Assembly (NCBI GenBank): GCA_046070685.1
Contig: JBJTMU010000010.1
Span: 18,480 to 82,479, forward strand
Direction: 5' to 3'
Length of the DNA: 64,000 nucleotides
Origin: Flavobacteriales bacterium
GTDB taxonomy: Bacteria > Bacteroidota > Bacteroidia > Flavobacteriales_D > Crocinitomicaceae
Positions 9,284-18,404 of this stretch are shown piece by piece. Under the pieces are notes generated by a model. The model was not told the origin of the DNA. It saw only the letters and a list, made by a program, of their open reading frames with translations, and ran no database searches. Within the stretch, counting starts at the first letter, position 1. The number at the start of each line of letters is the position of its first letter. The position numbers and the translations under genes are program-made.

Positions 9284-9957
9284 TTTTCCTTGAAGGTATA
9301 TCCAACACCTTTTATGGTGCGAATATAATCATCTCCAAGCTTTTCGCGTAATTTTCGAATGTGAACATCGATGGTTCGCTCACCAACGACTGTTTCATTT
9401 CCCCAAACTACCGCTAATATTTGATCGCGGTTGAACACTTTTCCTGGTCTGCTTGCCAATAGTTCAAGTAATTCAAATTCTTTTTTTGGCAAGGCCAATG
9501 TTTCACCATTTAACACAACCACAAATCGATCTCGGTCTATTGTAATAGTTGAATCTGCTTGTTGCTCTGTTGTTTTAATTCTGCGTAATAGTGATTCGAT
9601 TTTACTTAACAACAATCTCGGTCGAATGGGCTTATTAATGTAATCATCTGCTCCAGCTTCGAATCCCGCAATTTGTGCGTAGTCTTCTGTTCTAGCAGTT
9701 AGAAAAGCAATGATTGGTTGATTCAAATGCAAGTCTTTGCGAATAATTTGACAGGTTTCAATACCATCCATCACCGGCATCATCACATCAAGTAAAATTA
9801 ATGATGGATGAATTTGCTGAACGATTCGCAATGCTTCTTGACCATTGGAAGCGACATAAACTTTATAACCTTCCTTACGAATGTTGTAAGAAAGGAATTC
9901 AAGGATGTCTGGCTCGTCATCAACGATTAAAATGGTATGTCCTTTTGAGTTTTCCAT
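9280..9957 (-). CDS. OmpR/PhoB-family response regulator
   Basis: Receiver domain (ILIVDDEPDI, LILLDVMMP, KP) followed by a winged-helix output domain (RTIDVHIRKLREKL, GVGY). Confidence 0.92.
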   Translation of the reverse strand: MENSKGHTILIVDDEPDILEFLSYNIRKEGYKVYVASNGQEALRIVQQIHPSLILLDVMMPVMDGIETCQIIRKDLHLNQPIIAFLTARTEDYAQIAGFEAGADDYINKPIRPRLLLSKIESLLRRIKTTEQQADSTITIDRDRFVVVLNGETLALPKKEFELLELLASRPGKVFNRDQILAVVWGNETVVGERTIDVHIRKLREKLGDDYIRTIKGVGYTFKEK

Positions 9958-9961
9958 AGGA

Positions 9962-9998
9962 ATAAAAAAAGGCTGCTAGTTCAAAAGGACTAGCAGCC
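9962..9998 (-). terminator. Intrinsic terminator after the T9SS beta-helix/PKD gene
   Basis: 10-bp stem GGCTGCTAGT / ACTAGCAGCC (9971-9980 / 9989-9998) followed on the minus strand by a T8 run. Confidence 0.75.
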
Positions 9999-10007
9999 AG
10001 TGTTACA

Positions 10008-12551
10008 TTATTTTTGAATCATCAATTTTTGAGTCTCGCTCACATTTGCGCTGGTCAAACGTACGGTGTAGAACCCAGATGCTAATGAAGCAACTTGGAA
10101 AGTTACCTGATTAGTTCCCATTTGATTTGAAATCAGGTTGGAAAGTACACGACCTGTAGCATCAATCAATTCGATATTCATTGATTCATTCGTTTGTTCG
10201 AAAGTTACATTCACCACTTCATTCGCTGGATTTGGATGAACGGATAATTTTGTCGCTGTCAACTCATTGATTCCAACAGTTACATCTACTAAGAAGCTTA
10301 ATGTATCTGTACAGTTTCCATTGATGGCAGTTAATACAACTGTGTAAGCTCCGTTTGTAGCGTATGCATGCGTTGGTGCGGCAGCTGATGAATTCGTGAA
10401 ATCACCGAAATCCCAAGAGTAAGATGTTGCACCGGCAGATGTATTTGTGAATGTTGCAACATTTCCATTTAATGTCATTGTTCCAGCAGCAGTTGGAGCA
10501 GCGTTGAAGTTCACTGAAATTGGAGCGGAAGTACCAACACCATTACATGCGTTTGCATTTGTTGTTGTAACGGTAATTGCTGTGCTTGTTGCTGTTACGT
10601 TGATACTTTGAGTCGTTGCTCCTGTTGACCATAAATAACTATCAGATGTTGAAGCCGTAACTGTTACTACTTCACCTTCACATGCTTGTGTGGCACTTGC
10701 ATTAATGGTTGGTGCAGGTGCATTTGAAACATTGATGGTCGTAGCTGAAGATGTCGCAGAACACCCATTATTATCTGTAACGGTCACTGAATACGTTCCA
10801 GAAGTTGTCACCGTAATAGTGTTTGTTGTCTCGTTATTTGGAGACCAAACATTTCCAGTTGTAGCACTTGACGATAATACAACTGATCCACCTGTACAGA
10901 AAGATGTCGGACCGTTTGCACTAATTGTTGGTGTCGTTGGTAAAGCGTTTACAGTTACAGTTACCATGGAACGTGGACCTTCATATCCTAATGCATTCAT
11001 TTGAGCAACATAGTAATTTGAAGTTCCAGCCGTTGTAGTTGATGGGGTTGGTGCAGGAATGCTTGTCCCACCGGTTGCTGTTGTGTACCAATTAATCGTA
11101 CAATCTTGATTACCTGATGCTGTTAATGCAGTTGCTGTAGCACCTTGACATAAGTTGATTGTTGCTGTTGTCGTTGGAGCTGGGATTATTACCGCATTAA
11201 TCGTTGCATCAACAAAAGAAATGTTTGATAAAGCAGGAGATGCAGAAATTGGACGAAAATCTGGACTTAAATAGGTGTTGTTCACACCATAAGGCAAGGT
11301 CAAGATGTTCGCGGATGAGGTCAAAGAGTCATTTCCGTTTGAACCAAACCATGTTGAAATACCGAATGTACTTCCTGCATTTTTTTCAACGGAGTAATTA
11401 GTAATATGTCCTGCAACTAGGTTGTTTTTATATTTCAAAATCCCATTGGTTGCATTTCCTTCACAAGCGGTACCATCGATGTGAATTCCACGAAGACCAT
11501 CCATGAAAATACTGTTATAGATTTTTAATCCTGAGTTACGACGAATACGTGCACCTCTTCTGAAGCCTGAAGCAACTGTTGCCGCAGTGTTTCCTCTTAA
11601 TGGACCAACATAAGTTACATTTGAGAAAATCGCAGATGTTTGTGGGGTATTTGAAGAACCTGCCGCATCGTTATCCGACTCGAACCCTTCAGAAGTAGAA
11701 ACAGTTGGATTATCAGCGATCAATGGGTCACGAACAGCAAGACAAAATTGTACAAGTCCTGAGAAGCCATTATCTGTATCGAAATCATCGTCTAAGTTAC
11801 GGTAAGAAACAAGGTGACGGCAATTTACTGTTCCACCAAACCATTCAAATGCGTCGTCATTAGAGAAAGAAACTTGAACGAAATCGATGGTTGTAGCACG
11901 ACCAATTGAACCAAGGGTCAATCCGTTGATTTCTTTATTTGGTTGATAAACGTATCCTGGAAATTCGATTCTTACATAACGTAAAGTTCCTGAGTTATCG
12001 TTTGCATCTGGATTTGCTCCACCTCCATATTGTGTGTCAAAAGTTGGTGCTAATCCTTCGATATTGGCAATTCCACCAGCGTTATTGTTGGTTGATTTCC
12101 CCATCATGATAATTCCACCCCAGTCACCAAGTGCACGTTGACCTGCTGGTTGATTAGAAGTAAAAATGATCGGGTTATTTACTGTTCCATCAGCTACTAA
12201 TTTGGCACCTTGTGTAATAAATAATCCAGATCCAGCAACCGTTTTATCTCCCATGACAATCGTTCCTGGTTGAATGGTTAACGTTGCTCCGTTTTTCACG
12301 TAGATCTGACCTTGTAACAAGTAAACGTTATTGGAAGTCCATGTGGTGTTCGTTGTGATAGCCGCAGAAACGGTAACATTTGAACTTGGATAAACCGTAT
12401 TTTGCGGATCCCAATTTGTCCAAGTGTCCGTCCATTGTGCAGTCGGAGCAGGTGCGAATGCCCCTCGGTAATTAGTTGGTTGGAAGAAGCTCTGTCCAAA
12501 TGCGATAAGACTTACATAGAAGCTTAAAGCGGTTAAGGTAATTTTTTTCAT
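10008..12551 (-). CDS. T9SS-exported protein: beta-helix-like N-terminal domain, Ig-like repeats, PKD domain, T9SS CTD
   Basis: Signal peptide. N-terminal ~330 aa contain GLTLGSIGRATTIDFVQVSFSNDDAFEWFGG and DDDFDTDNGF motifs (parallel beta-helix-like). The PKD signature is WDFGDF...HAYATNGAYTVVLTA. The C-terminus VHPNPANEVVNVTF...GFYTVRL...MIQK is a type-A T9SS CTD. Confidence 0.7.
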   Translation of the reverse strand: MKKITLTALSFYVSLIAFGQSFFQPTNYRGAFAPAPTAQWTDTWTNWDPQNTVYPSSNVTVSAAITTNTTWTSNNVYLLQGQIYVKNGATLTIQPGTIVMGDKTVAGSGLFITQGAKLVADGTVNNPIIFTSNQPAGQRALGDWGGIIMMGKSTNNNAGGIANIEGLAPTFDTQYGGGANPDANDNSGTLRYVRIEFPGYVYQPNKEINGLTLGSIGRATTIDFVQVSFSNDDAFEWFGGTVNCRHLVSYRNLDDDFDTDNGFSGLVQFCLAVRDPLIADNPTVSTSEGFESDNDAAGSSNTPQTSAIFSNVTYVGPLRGNTAATVASGFRRGARIRRNSGLKIYNSIFMDGLRGIHIDGTACEGNATNGILKYKNNLVAGHITNYSVEKNAGSTFGISTWFGSNGNDSLTSSANILTLPYGVNNTYLSPDFRPISASPALSNISFVDATINAVIIPAPTTTATINLCQGATATALTASGNQDCTINWYTTATGGTSIPAPTPSTTTAGTSNYYVAQMNALGYEGPRSMVTVTVNALPTTPTISANGPTSFCTGGSVVLSSSATTGNVWSPNNETTNTITVTTSGTYSVTVTDNNGCSATSSATTINVSNAPAPTINASATQACEGEVVTVTASTSDSYLWSTGATTQSINVTATSTAITVTTTNANACNGVGTSAPISVNFNAAPTAAGTMTLNGNVATFTNTSAGATSYSWDFGDFTNSSAAAPTHAYATNGAYTVVLTAINGNCTDTLSFLVDVTVGINELTATKLSVHPNPANEVVNVTFEQTNESMNIELIDATGRVLSNLISNQMGTNQVTFQVASLASGFYTVRLTSANVSETQKLMIQK

Positions 12552-12684
12552 CTTTCTTAAATTTTAACTGATGCAAAGTTCTGCTATCGTTGTAGACAAA
12601 GCGTTAGCATAAGTCTATGTTTACACTAAGTAATCGTTAAGAAATCGTGAAGAAAAGCGGGCAATAAAAAGAAAATGTTAAGTC

Positions 12685-15648
12685 TTAAAACTTGTAGGTA
12701 AGTGAAAAACTAATCGTTCTTCCGAATTTCGTATTCCAAATTAAATCATCCTGATTTTTATCGAAACGATTTTGACCACTTGATTCGCCTGTGAATAAAA
12801 GGTTTCCGGCTCTTTGAAGGACGTTTTGATTTGCAATTGACGAGTAGTTGTTTTGATAGAACATCAATCGTTGTGCAAGTATATTTTGACAGTTTAACTT
12901 CAACTCAAGTTTCCCTTCATCAAATGTTTTCGCTATTTGAAAATCCAAGAATGTTCTACTTTTCTCCCAAATGTCTGGTTGTAATACGCTTCCAAGAATG
13001 TACATTCTTGAGCCCACACGATTGACATTCATTGCCAAGGTTAAATCGTTGTCCGTTTTATAAATCACGCCGCAGTTTAACACATAGGGAGATTGACCTT
13101 GTAAAGGACGCGTGTCATAAGGCGTTCCGATGTTTTTTGAAACATCCACCACCGAATGAATAAAACCAAGATTGGTAAAAAATTCAAATTGGTTCCATTT
13201 CGAAACGGAATCAAGTTTCAAAAGTGCCCCAATGTTAGATTTTAACTCAAACTCAACACCATAGTTCGTTGCATTCGGCACATTTTTATAGGAAATCTCA
13301 TTCATTACATCCGGACGCGTAATTTGCTCAATCGGATTGACAAAATACTTGTAAAAAGATCCGATTGAAATAAGTTGACCTTTTCCTGGATACCATTCGT
13401 AGCGAACATCTACGTTGGTGATTTTAGCACGTTTCAACGAATCATTACCTGAAAGAACGAATTGTGTATTGAAATCATAAAAAGCGAAAGGAGCTAACTC
13501 ACGGTATTCTGGTCTGTTTAAAGTTTGTGATCCACTCACTCGTAAAACTTTTTGTTTGGTGAAATTGTGAATGAAATTGATCGAAGGCAATACATCTAAA
13601 TTGTGCATATGAACTGCCAAAGGCGTTTTATCGGCTCTTTTCGCTGTTAAATTTTGTGTAAAGTCCTCCAATCTTGCACCATATAGGATTTTGTTTTTAC
13701 CGAAATGTTGTGTCATGGAAACGAATCCGGCATACAATTGTGAGTTCGCTGAATATGAATCAGATGCTTTTGTTCCATCGGATAATTTAAATCCACCAAC
13801 ACCAGGTGCGATGAGTCCCATATTTTGCGCTTGGAAAATAGAGTCCTCTGGCAAATACAACAAATTTGTATTGAAATTGATGGCTCCTCCTACGGCGCCA
13901 TATTTTGTATAGCCTAATTGTCTTGCTTGGAAATCACGGTTTCTTAATTGAACAAATACACCAGATTTAAATTCGAATTTTAACTTTTTCTCTTGTTTCG
14001 TTGAATCTTGTTGGTAAACTTCTTTCGTGAAATTCACTTTAAAGCTTGACAAATTTTCTTTATTGTTAGAGAAAAACATATTCCCTCCATAATCAGGTCC
14101 AACATTTGTTTGAGAGATATTGGCCACATACATCGTATCGTGATAATCCGGACTACTTGGGTCATTCACGTATTTCATGCGAGAGTAAATACTTCTGCGT
14201 AAATTTGGAATACTACGTTGAATATTGCTCAATCCCATCATCCAATCAATTTTCATTTTACCGGCTTTGTCCAATGCGTGTTGACCACTTAATTGGGACG
14301 AGAAGATTTGATTGATGGTCATCCAATTCGCGTTTGAGCGGAGAAGAGAAGGATTCAAATCGAGCGGATTGATCTCGCCAGTGCGATTAATGATCCGATT
14401 ATCTGTATTAATGGTGTAAAGGTTTTTGAAACTGATGCTATTTTTTGCATTCAATTTTAAAGAGAAATTGAGCATCGAACCAGTTAACAATTGCGTGGAA
14501 TAGACTTTGTCTAAAAATTGATTTTCAATTTGTGAAGTACCTCCGCCTCCAGTATTGTCCGTAAATGATTTTCGAATCGTTTCGTTGTAATTGTTGGTTT
14601 TGTTATAGGACAAGGATCCAATAAACCCGAATTCCTTTTTGTTTTTGAATTCTTTTCGATACCCACCCGCATATTGCAAACTAAAATTCGGCATAAAGGT
14701 CGCGTCACTTAACTTCCAGTTGGTTTGGAAGGATTTAGCTAAAGCAGCTTGGTCACTCATTAGACTGGGATAGTCTAAAACCGAAGGAATAGACGAAGGA
14801 AGTGCTCTTGATCCATCATCCAAACCGAGCCAATCCAATTTTCCTTCTTTGGCATATTTGCGATCTTTAAATGTGGTAATGGTGTTGTATCCCCCGGAAA
14901 TGGAAATGGATTGAAAATTATCAATTGGAATATTTTTTGTTTTAATTTGAATGATTCCACCGCCAAATTCCCCAGGCAAATCAGGTGATGCTGTTTTGAC
15001 AATGGAAAGATTTTCCAACATGTTCACTGGAAAAATATCGAAGGCAAACGCTTTTCTGTCAGACTCTGAACTAGGAAGCGGAGCGTCGTTTAAATACGCA
15101 GCATTATATCGGTCATTTAATCCTCTGATGATGGCAAACTTGTTATCTTGGATACTTGCGCCACTGATTTTTTTCAAAGCGTCTCCAACTGTTTTGTCTG
15201 GACTTCGTTTAATAATTTCCGCGGGAAGAATGTCCATCATGACGGCACTCTTGTATTGCATTTGTGTCGTTGCAGCCGTCGTTTCCGTATTTGCTTTGGT
15301 AATTACGACCACATCTTTTTTGGTGGAAACGGAATAGGATAAGGAAACATTGATGACCGTGTTTTCTTTGGCCTTCACGTTGACTTCATTCATTTCCACT
15401 TTCTGAAAACCACCCGCATTGAATAACAAGGTGTAAGTTCCTGTTTGAATATCACGAATGACATATTCTCCGTTTAGGTCGGTGTAGGCGCCTTTTGCCG
15501 CTCCAAGTAAAGTTACTTTGACATTAAACAAAGCTTCGTTTGCCCCTTCCGAAGTGATTTTTCCGGAAATTATTCCCAATTGACCAAAACTGAAAAACGA
15601 AATAAGCTGAATAAAACCAACAAGAACAATACTTTTGCTAAAACGCAT
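12685..15648 (-). CDS. TonB-dependent receptor with N-terminal carboxypeptidase-regulatory-like domain
   Basis: Signal peptide. The CarbopepD_reg-like segment reads GKITSEGANEALFNVKVTLL...GEYVIRDIQTGTYTL. The plug contains DALKKISGASIQ and IRGLNDRYN. A ~750-aa barrel ends in FSLTYKF. Confidence 0.9.
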   Translation of the reverse strand: MRFSKSIVLVGFIQLISFFSFGQLGIISGKITSEGANEALFNVKVTLLGAAKGAYTDLNGEYVIRDIQTGTYTLLFNAGGFQKVEMNEVNVKAKENTVINVSLSYSVSTKKDVVVITKANTETTAATTQMQYKSAVMMDILPAEIIKRSPDKTVGDALKKISGASIQDNKFAIIRGLNDRYNAAYLNDAPLPSSESDRKAFAFDIFPVNMLENLSIVKTASPDLPGEFGGGIIQIKTKNIPIDNFQSISISGGYNTITTFKDRKYAKEGKLDWLGLDDGSRALPSSIPSVLDYPSLMSDQAALAKSFQTNWKLSDATFMPNFSLQYAGGYRKEFKNKKEFGFIGSLSYNKTNNYNETIRKSFTDNTGGGGTSQIENQFLDKVYSTQLLTGSMLNFSLKLNAKNSISFKNLYTINTDNRIINRTGEINPLDLNPSLLRSNANWMTINQIFSSQLSGQHALDKAGKMKIDWMMGLSNIQRSIPNLRRSIYSRMKYVNDPSSPDYHDTMYVANISQTNVGPDYGGNMFFSNNKENLSSFKVNFTKEVYQQDSTKQEKKLKFEFKSGVFVQLRNRDFQARQLGYTKYGAVGGAINFNTNLLYLPEDSIFQAQNMGLIAPGVGGFKLSDGTKASDSYSANSQLYAGFVSMTQHFGKNKILYGARLEDFTQNLTAKRADKTPLAVHMHNLDVLPSINFIHNFTKQKVLRVSGSQTLNRPEYRELAPFAFYDFNTQFVLSGNDSLKRAKITNVDVRYEWYPGKGQLISIGSFYKYFVNPIEQITRPDVMNEISYKNVPNATNYGVEFELKSNIGALLKLDSVSKWNQFEFFTNLGFIHSVVDVSKNIGTPYDTRPLQGQSPYVLNCGVIYKTDNDLTLAMNVNRVGSRMYILGSVLQPDIWEKSRTFLDFQIAKTFDEGKLELKLNCQNILAQRLMFYQNNYSSIANQNVLQRAGNLLFTGESSGQNRFDKNQDDLIWNTKFGRTISFSLTYKF

Positions 15649-15763
15649 GTGAATAGACTTTAAAATTCACCGCAAAGGAACGCAAGAGCCTTGATGAGTA
15701 AATTAATGCAAGGTTAAAGTTCTGTTAAGTTAGTCTAAGCAAATGGTAACAATTACATAACAT

Positions 15764-15793
15764 AAAAAATGGCCGGAATTTCTCCCGGCCATT
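15764..15793 (-). terminator. Intrinsic terminator after the OmpA-family gene
   Basis: Stem AATGGCCGG / CCGGCCATT (15768-15776 / 15785-15793) followed by a T run on the minus strand. Confidence 0.7.
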
Positions 15794-15833
15794 CGTGGAT
15801 TTTCACCCGCCTTTTCGTCTAATTGTTATTGGT

Positions 15834-18401
15834 TTAATCAAACACAATTTTCATTTCCACACGTCTATTTTTCTGACGTCCTTCTGGCGTATCATTCGTC
15901 GCAATTGGTTTTGTTTCACCGTAATATTGCGTGATCAAACGAGTGGCATCAATTCCTTGAGTTACTAGGAAAGCTTTTACAGCTTCGGCACGTTTCTTTG
16001 AAAGTACCATGTTCGCCATATCATCTCCTTGATTATCCGTATGACCAGTAATCTCCAGTTTCCATGTTGTTTTTTTCTTTAATACTTCCGCTAACTCGCT
16101 TAGTGATACTTTCGAGCCTTCAAGAATGATGTCTTTTCCAGTTTCGAATTCTAAATTGTCAAAGGCAGTTTTAAGTACTTCAATCACTGCTTGTTCAATC
16201 ACCGGACATCCTTTATTTGATTTCGGTCCAGGTGTATTCGGACAATCATCATCTTTGTCAAGTAATCCATCTTTATCACTGTCTTTATAAGGACATCCTT
16301 TATTTGCTGCAGGTCCAGCTAGGGTTGGACAATCATCATCCTTATCTAGGATACCATCATTGTCACCATCCTTATAAGGACAACCACGGTTTTCTTTTGG
16401 ACCAGCAACATCTGGACACTCATCAATGAAATCGTAAACTCCGTCGGCATCTTTATCTGGACAACCTTTATTTGCTACTGGTCCGGCATTGTCTGGACAA
16501 GCATCTTCACCATCTTGAACACCATCACCATCTTTGTCTGGACAACCTTTCAATGCTGGTAGTCCAGCAACTGTAGGACACGCATCTTCTGAGTCGATGA
16601 TTTTATCACCATCCGTATCCGGACAACCTTTAAATTCTTTTAATCCAGCAACATCTGGACAAGCGTCTTTTTTGTCAATGATTTTATCACCATCTTTATC
16701 CGGACAGCCCTTAAACTCAGCGGTGCCAGGCTCGTTGATACAATCGTCTTCAGAATCTGGAATGCCGTCATTATCTGTATCTGGACAACCTTTAAAGGTC
16801 CAAGTGCCAGGTACATCTTTACACTTGTCCTTTTTATTGGATACTTTATCATTGTCCTTGTCTTTTACACGGGTATAATTAATTGGAACACGTGCTCCAG
16901 CATAGAATTCAATACCGCTAACATTGTTTTTTGCTAGGAGTGTTTTCATATCTGTAATTCCAATAACCAATGGGCCAATTCTTGTTGCAATACCATATTT
17001 CATTCCGCTGTATTGATTCATTGAAATGGGCATGTACACACCAAAGTATGGACTATCAAAACTCGGCGTAATGGAGAATTGATTAGCTGTTTTCACTTTA
17101 GTATCTTTTCCTTGTGAGATTAAATTCACCATGGAAGTGGCATTCACATAAAAGCCTTTCCAAATTTGATAATCCACCTGAACGCTAACCGCTGTTGGTG
17201 TTCTCATTCGGAACGTTTGAGAAGTGTTTTGTAGTGCCACCCAATCCTTATTTCCAGCCGCACTAGATTGTTGAATCAAGGTGTCAATCACGCCATCGAA
17301 TCCTTCTAAATTAGTGGCTGATTCAAATCGGTGTAAATTGAATAAATTGGTCGTATTGACAGCAAAATTTCTACTTAATCCACCTTTTGTAAACTTCATG
17401 CTACCCATATCCACAATGGACAAGCCCGCACGTAGTTTATATTTATTTTCGTTTCTTCTCCATAGGTTGGTTTCCCCATCCATGTCGTATTTGAATTTTG
17501 CATATTTCGGACGCCATTCATACACAGCTCCGATATCCATACCAAATCCCAATTTGGAAGAAGGACGAAGTAAATCCTGAATACTTGGATTTTGACCGTT
17601 CATTCCATTATTGATGATCCCATTGACGTTGTTGGAATAGCCATAATCAAATGTTCCAGAAAGGTATTGAGACGTATCTTCGTTCTTTAAATTGTAGGAA
17701 AAATTATCCGTATAAACGTATGCAGCAGCGTGACCCAATAATAATTTTGGAGAAATCCCAACTTTCAAGAAATGTTCTTTATTGTCCATAACCACCTGCG
17801 AATAATTAAATCCAACTTCGGTCCAAGTCATGTAATTGACATTAAACAATTGTTCATTAAATTTCGCATTCCACAAGCTTGGATGAATCAATCCGTCTTC
17901 TGCTAACACCGCCAATTTTGGATCCATGTTGTCCACGTTCACGATGCTGCGATTGCGAATATTAAATCCAATCGCTGTTTTCTCGTTGATATGGAACATG
18001 GTATTCAATAAATCAACTTGGAAATTGATATTTGCTCCCAATGTTTTGGTTGAATTTTCATTGTAATTATGAACAATGAATCGATCAATAAAACTTGAGT
18101 CAGGTTTTGACCATGCGTTCAAAATTGTAGAATCATTGAATGATTTCAACCACCAATAACCTTGTCCACCTTGAGCGGTGCGCATCGCATTGGCATCGAA
18201 ATACCCGAAATTTTGATAGACGTTTAAGTTCGTCCCAAAAAGCAACATGTCGAATTTATATCGACCATCAACAAAATTTGCAGGATTGACTTGATTTCCA
18301 ATTACGCCAGCGTAGTTGCTGGAGCCCAGTCCAAGATAACTTTGAGCTTGAATCTGTGCTTGGACAACAAAAATAGAAAGACAAACGATTAATTTTCTCA
18401 T
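15834..18401 (-). CDS. OmpA-family outer-membrane protein: N-terminal beta-barrel-like domain, 7 thrombospondin type-3 Ca-binding repeats, OmpA-like C-terminal domain
   Basis: Signal peptide and a ~500-aa beta-rich domain. Seven CPDxDxDGxxDxxDxCP repeats follow. The C-terminal domain carries ITGHTDNQGDDMANMVLSKKRAEAV and NRRVE. Confidence 0.85.
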   Translation of the reverse strand: MRKLIVCLSIFVVQAQIQAQSYLGLGSSNYAGVIGNQVNPANFVDGRYKFDMLLFGTNLNVYQNFGYFDANAMRTAQGGQGYWWLKSFNDSTILNAWSKPDSSFIDRFIVHNYNENSTKTLGANINFQVDLLNTMFHINEKTAIGFNIRNRSIVNVDNMDPKLAVLAEDGLIHPSLWNAKFNEQLFNVNYMTWTEVGFNYSQVVMDNKEHFLKVGISPKLLLGHAAAYVYTDNFSYNLKNEDTSQYLSGTFDYGYSNNVNGIINNGMNGQNPSIQDLLRPSSKLGFGMDIGAVYEWRPKYAKFKYDMDGETNLWRRNENKYKLRAGLSIVDMGSMKFTKGGLSRNFAVNTTNLFNLHRFESATNLEGFDGVIDTLIQQSSAAGNKDWVALQNTSQTFRMRTPTAVSVQVDYQIWKGFYVNATSMVNLISQGKDTKVKTANQFSITPSFDSPYFGVYMPISMNQYSGMKYGIATRIGPLVIGITDMKTLLAKNNVSGIEFYAGARVPINYTRVKDKDNDKVSNKKDKCKDVPGTWTFKGCPDTDNDGIPDSEDDCINEPGTAEFKGCPDKDGDKIIDKKDACPDVAGLKEFKGCPDTDGDKIIDSEDACPTVAGLPALKGCPDKDGDGVQDGEDACPDNAGPVANKGCPDKDADGVYDFIDECPDVAGPKENRGCPYKDGDNDGILDKDDDCPTLAGPAANKGCPYKDSDKDGLLDKDDDCPNTPGPKSNKGCPVIEQAVIEVLKTAFDNLEFETGKDIILEGSKVSLSELAEVLKKKTTWKLEITGHTDNQGDDMANMVLSKKRAEAVKAFLVTQGIDATRLITQYYGETKPIATNDTPEGRQKNRRVEMKIVFD
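16203..16865 (-). repeat. Coding tandem repeats: 7 TSP type-3-like units (aa ~513-733)
   Basis: Repeated KGCPDxDGDxxxDxxDxCPxxxGxxxx units were read from the translation. Confidence 0.8.
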
Positions 18402-18404
18402 AGT

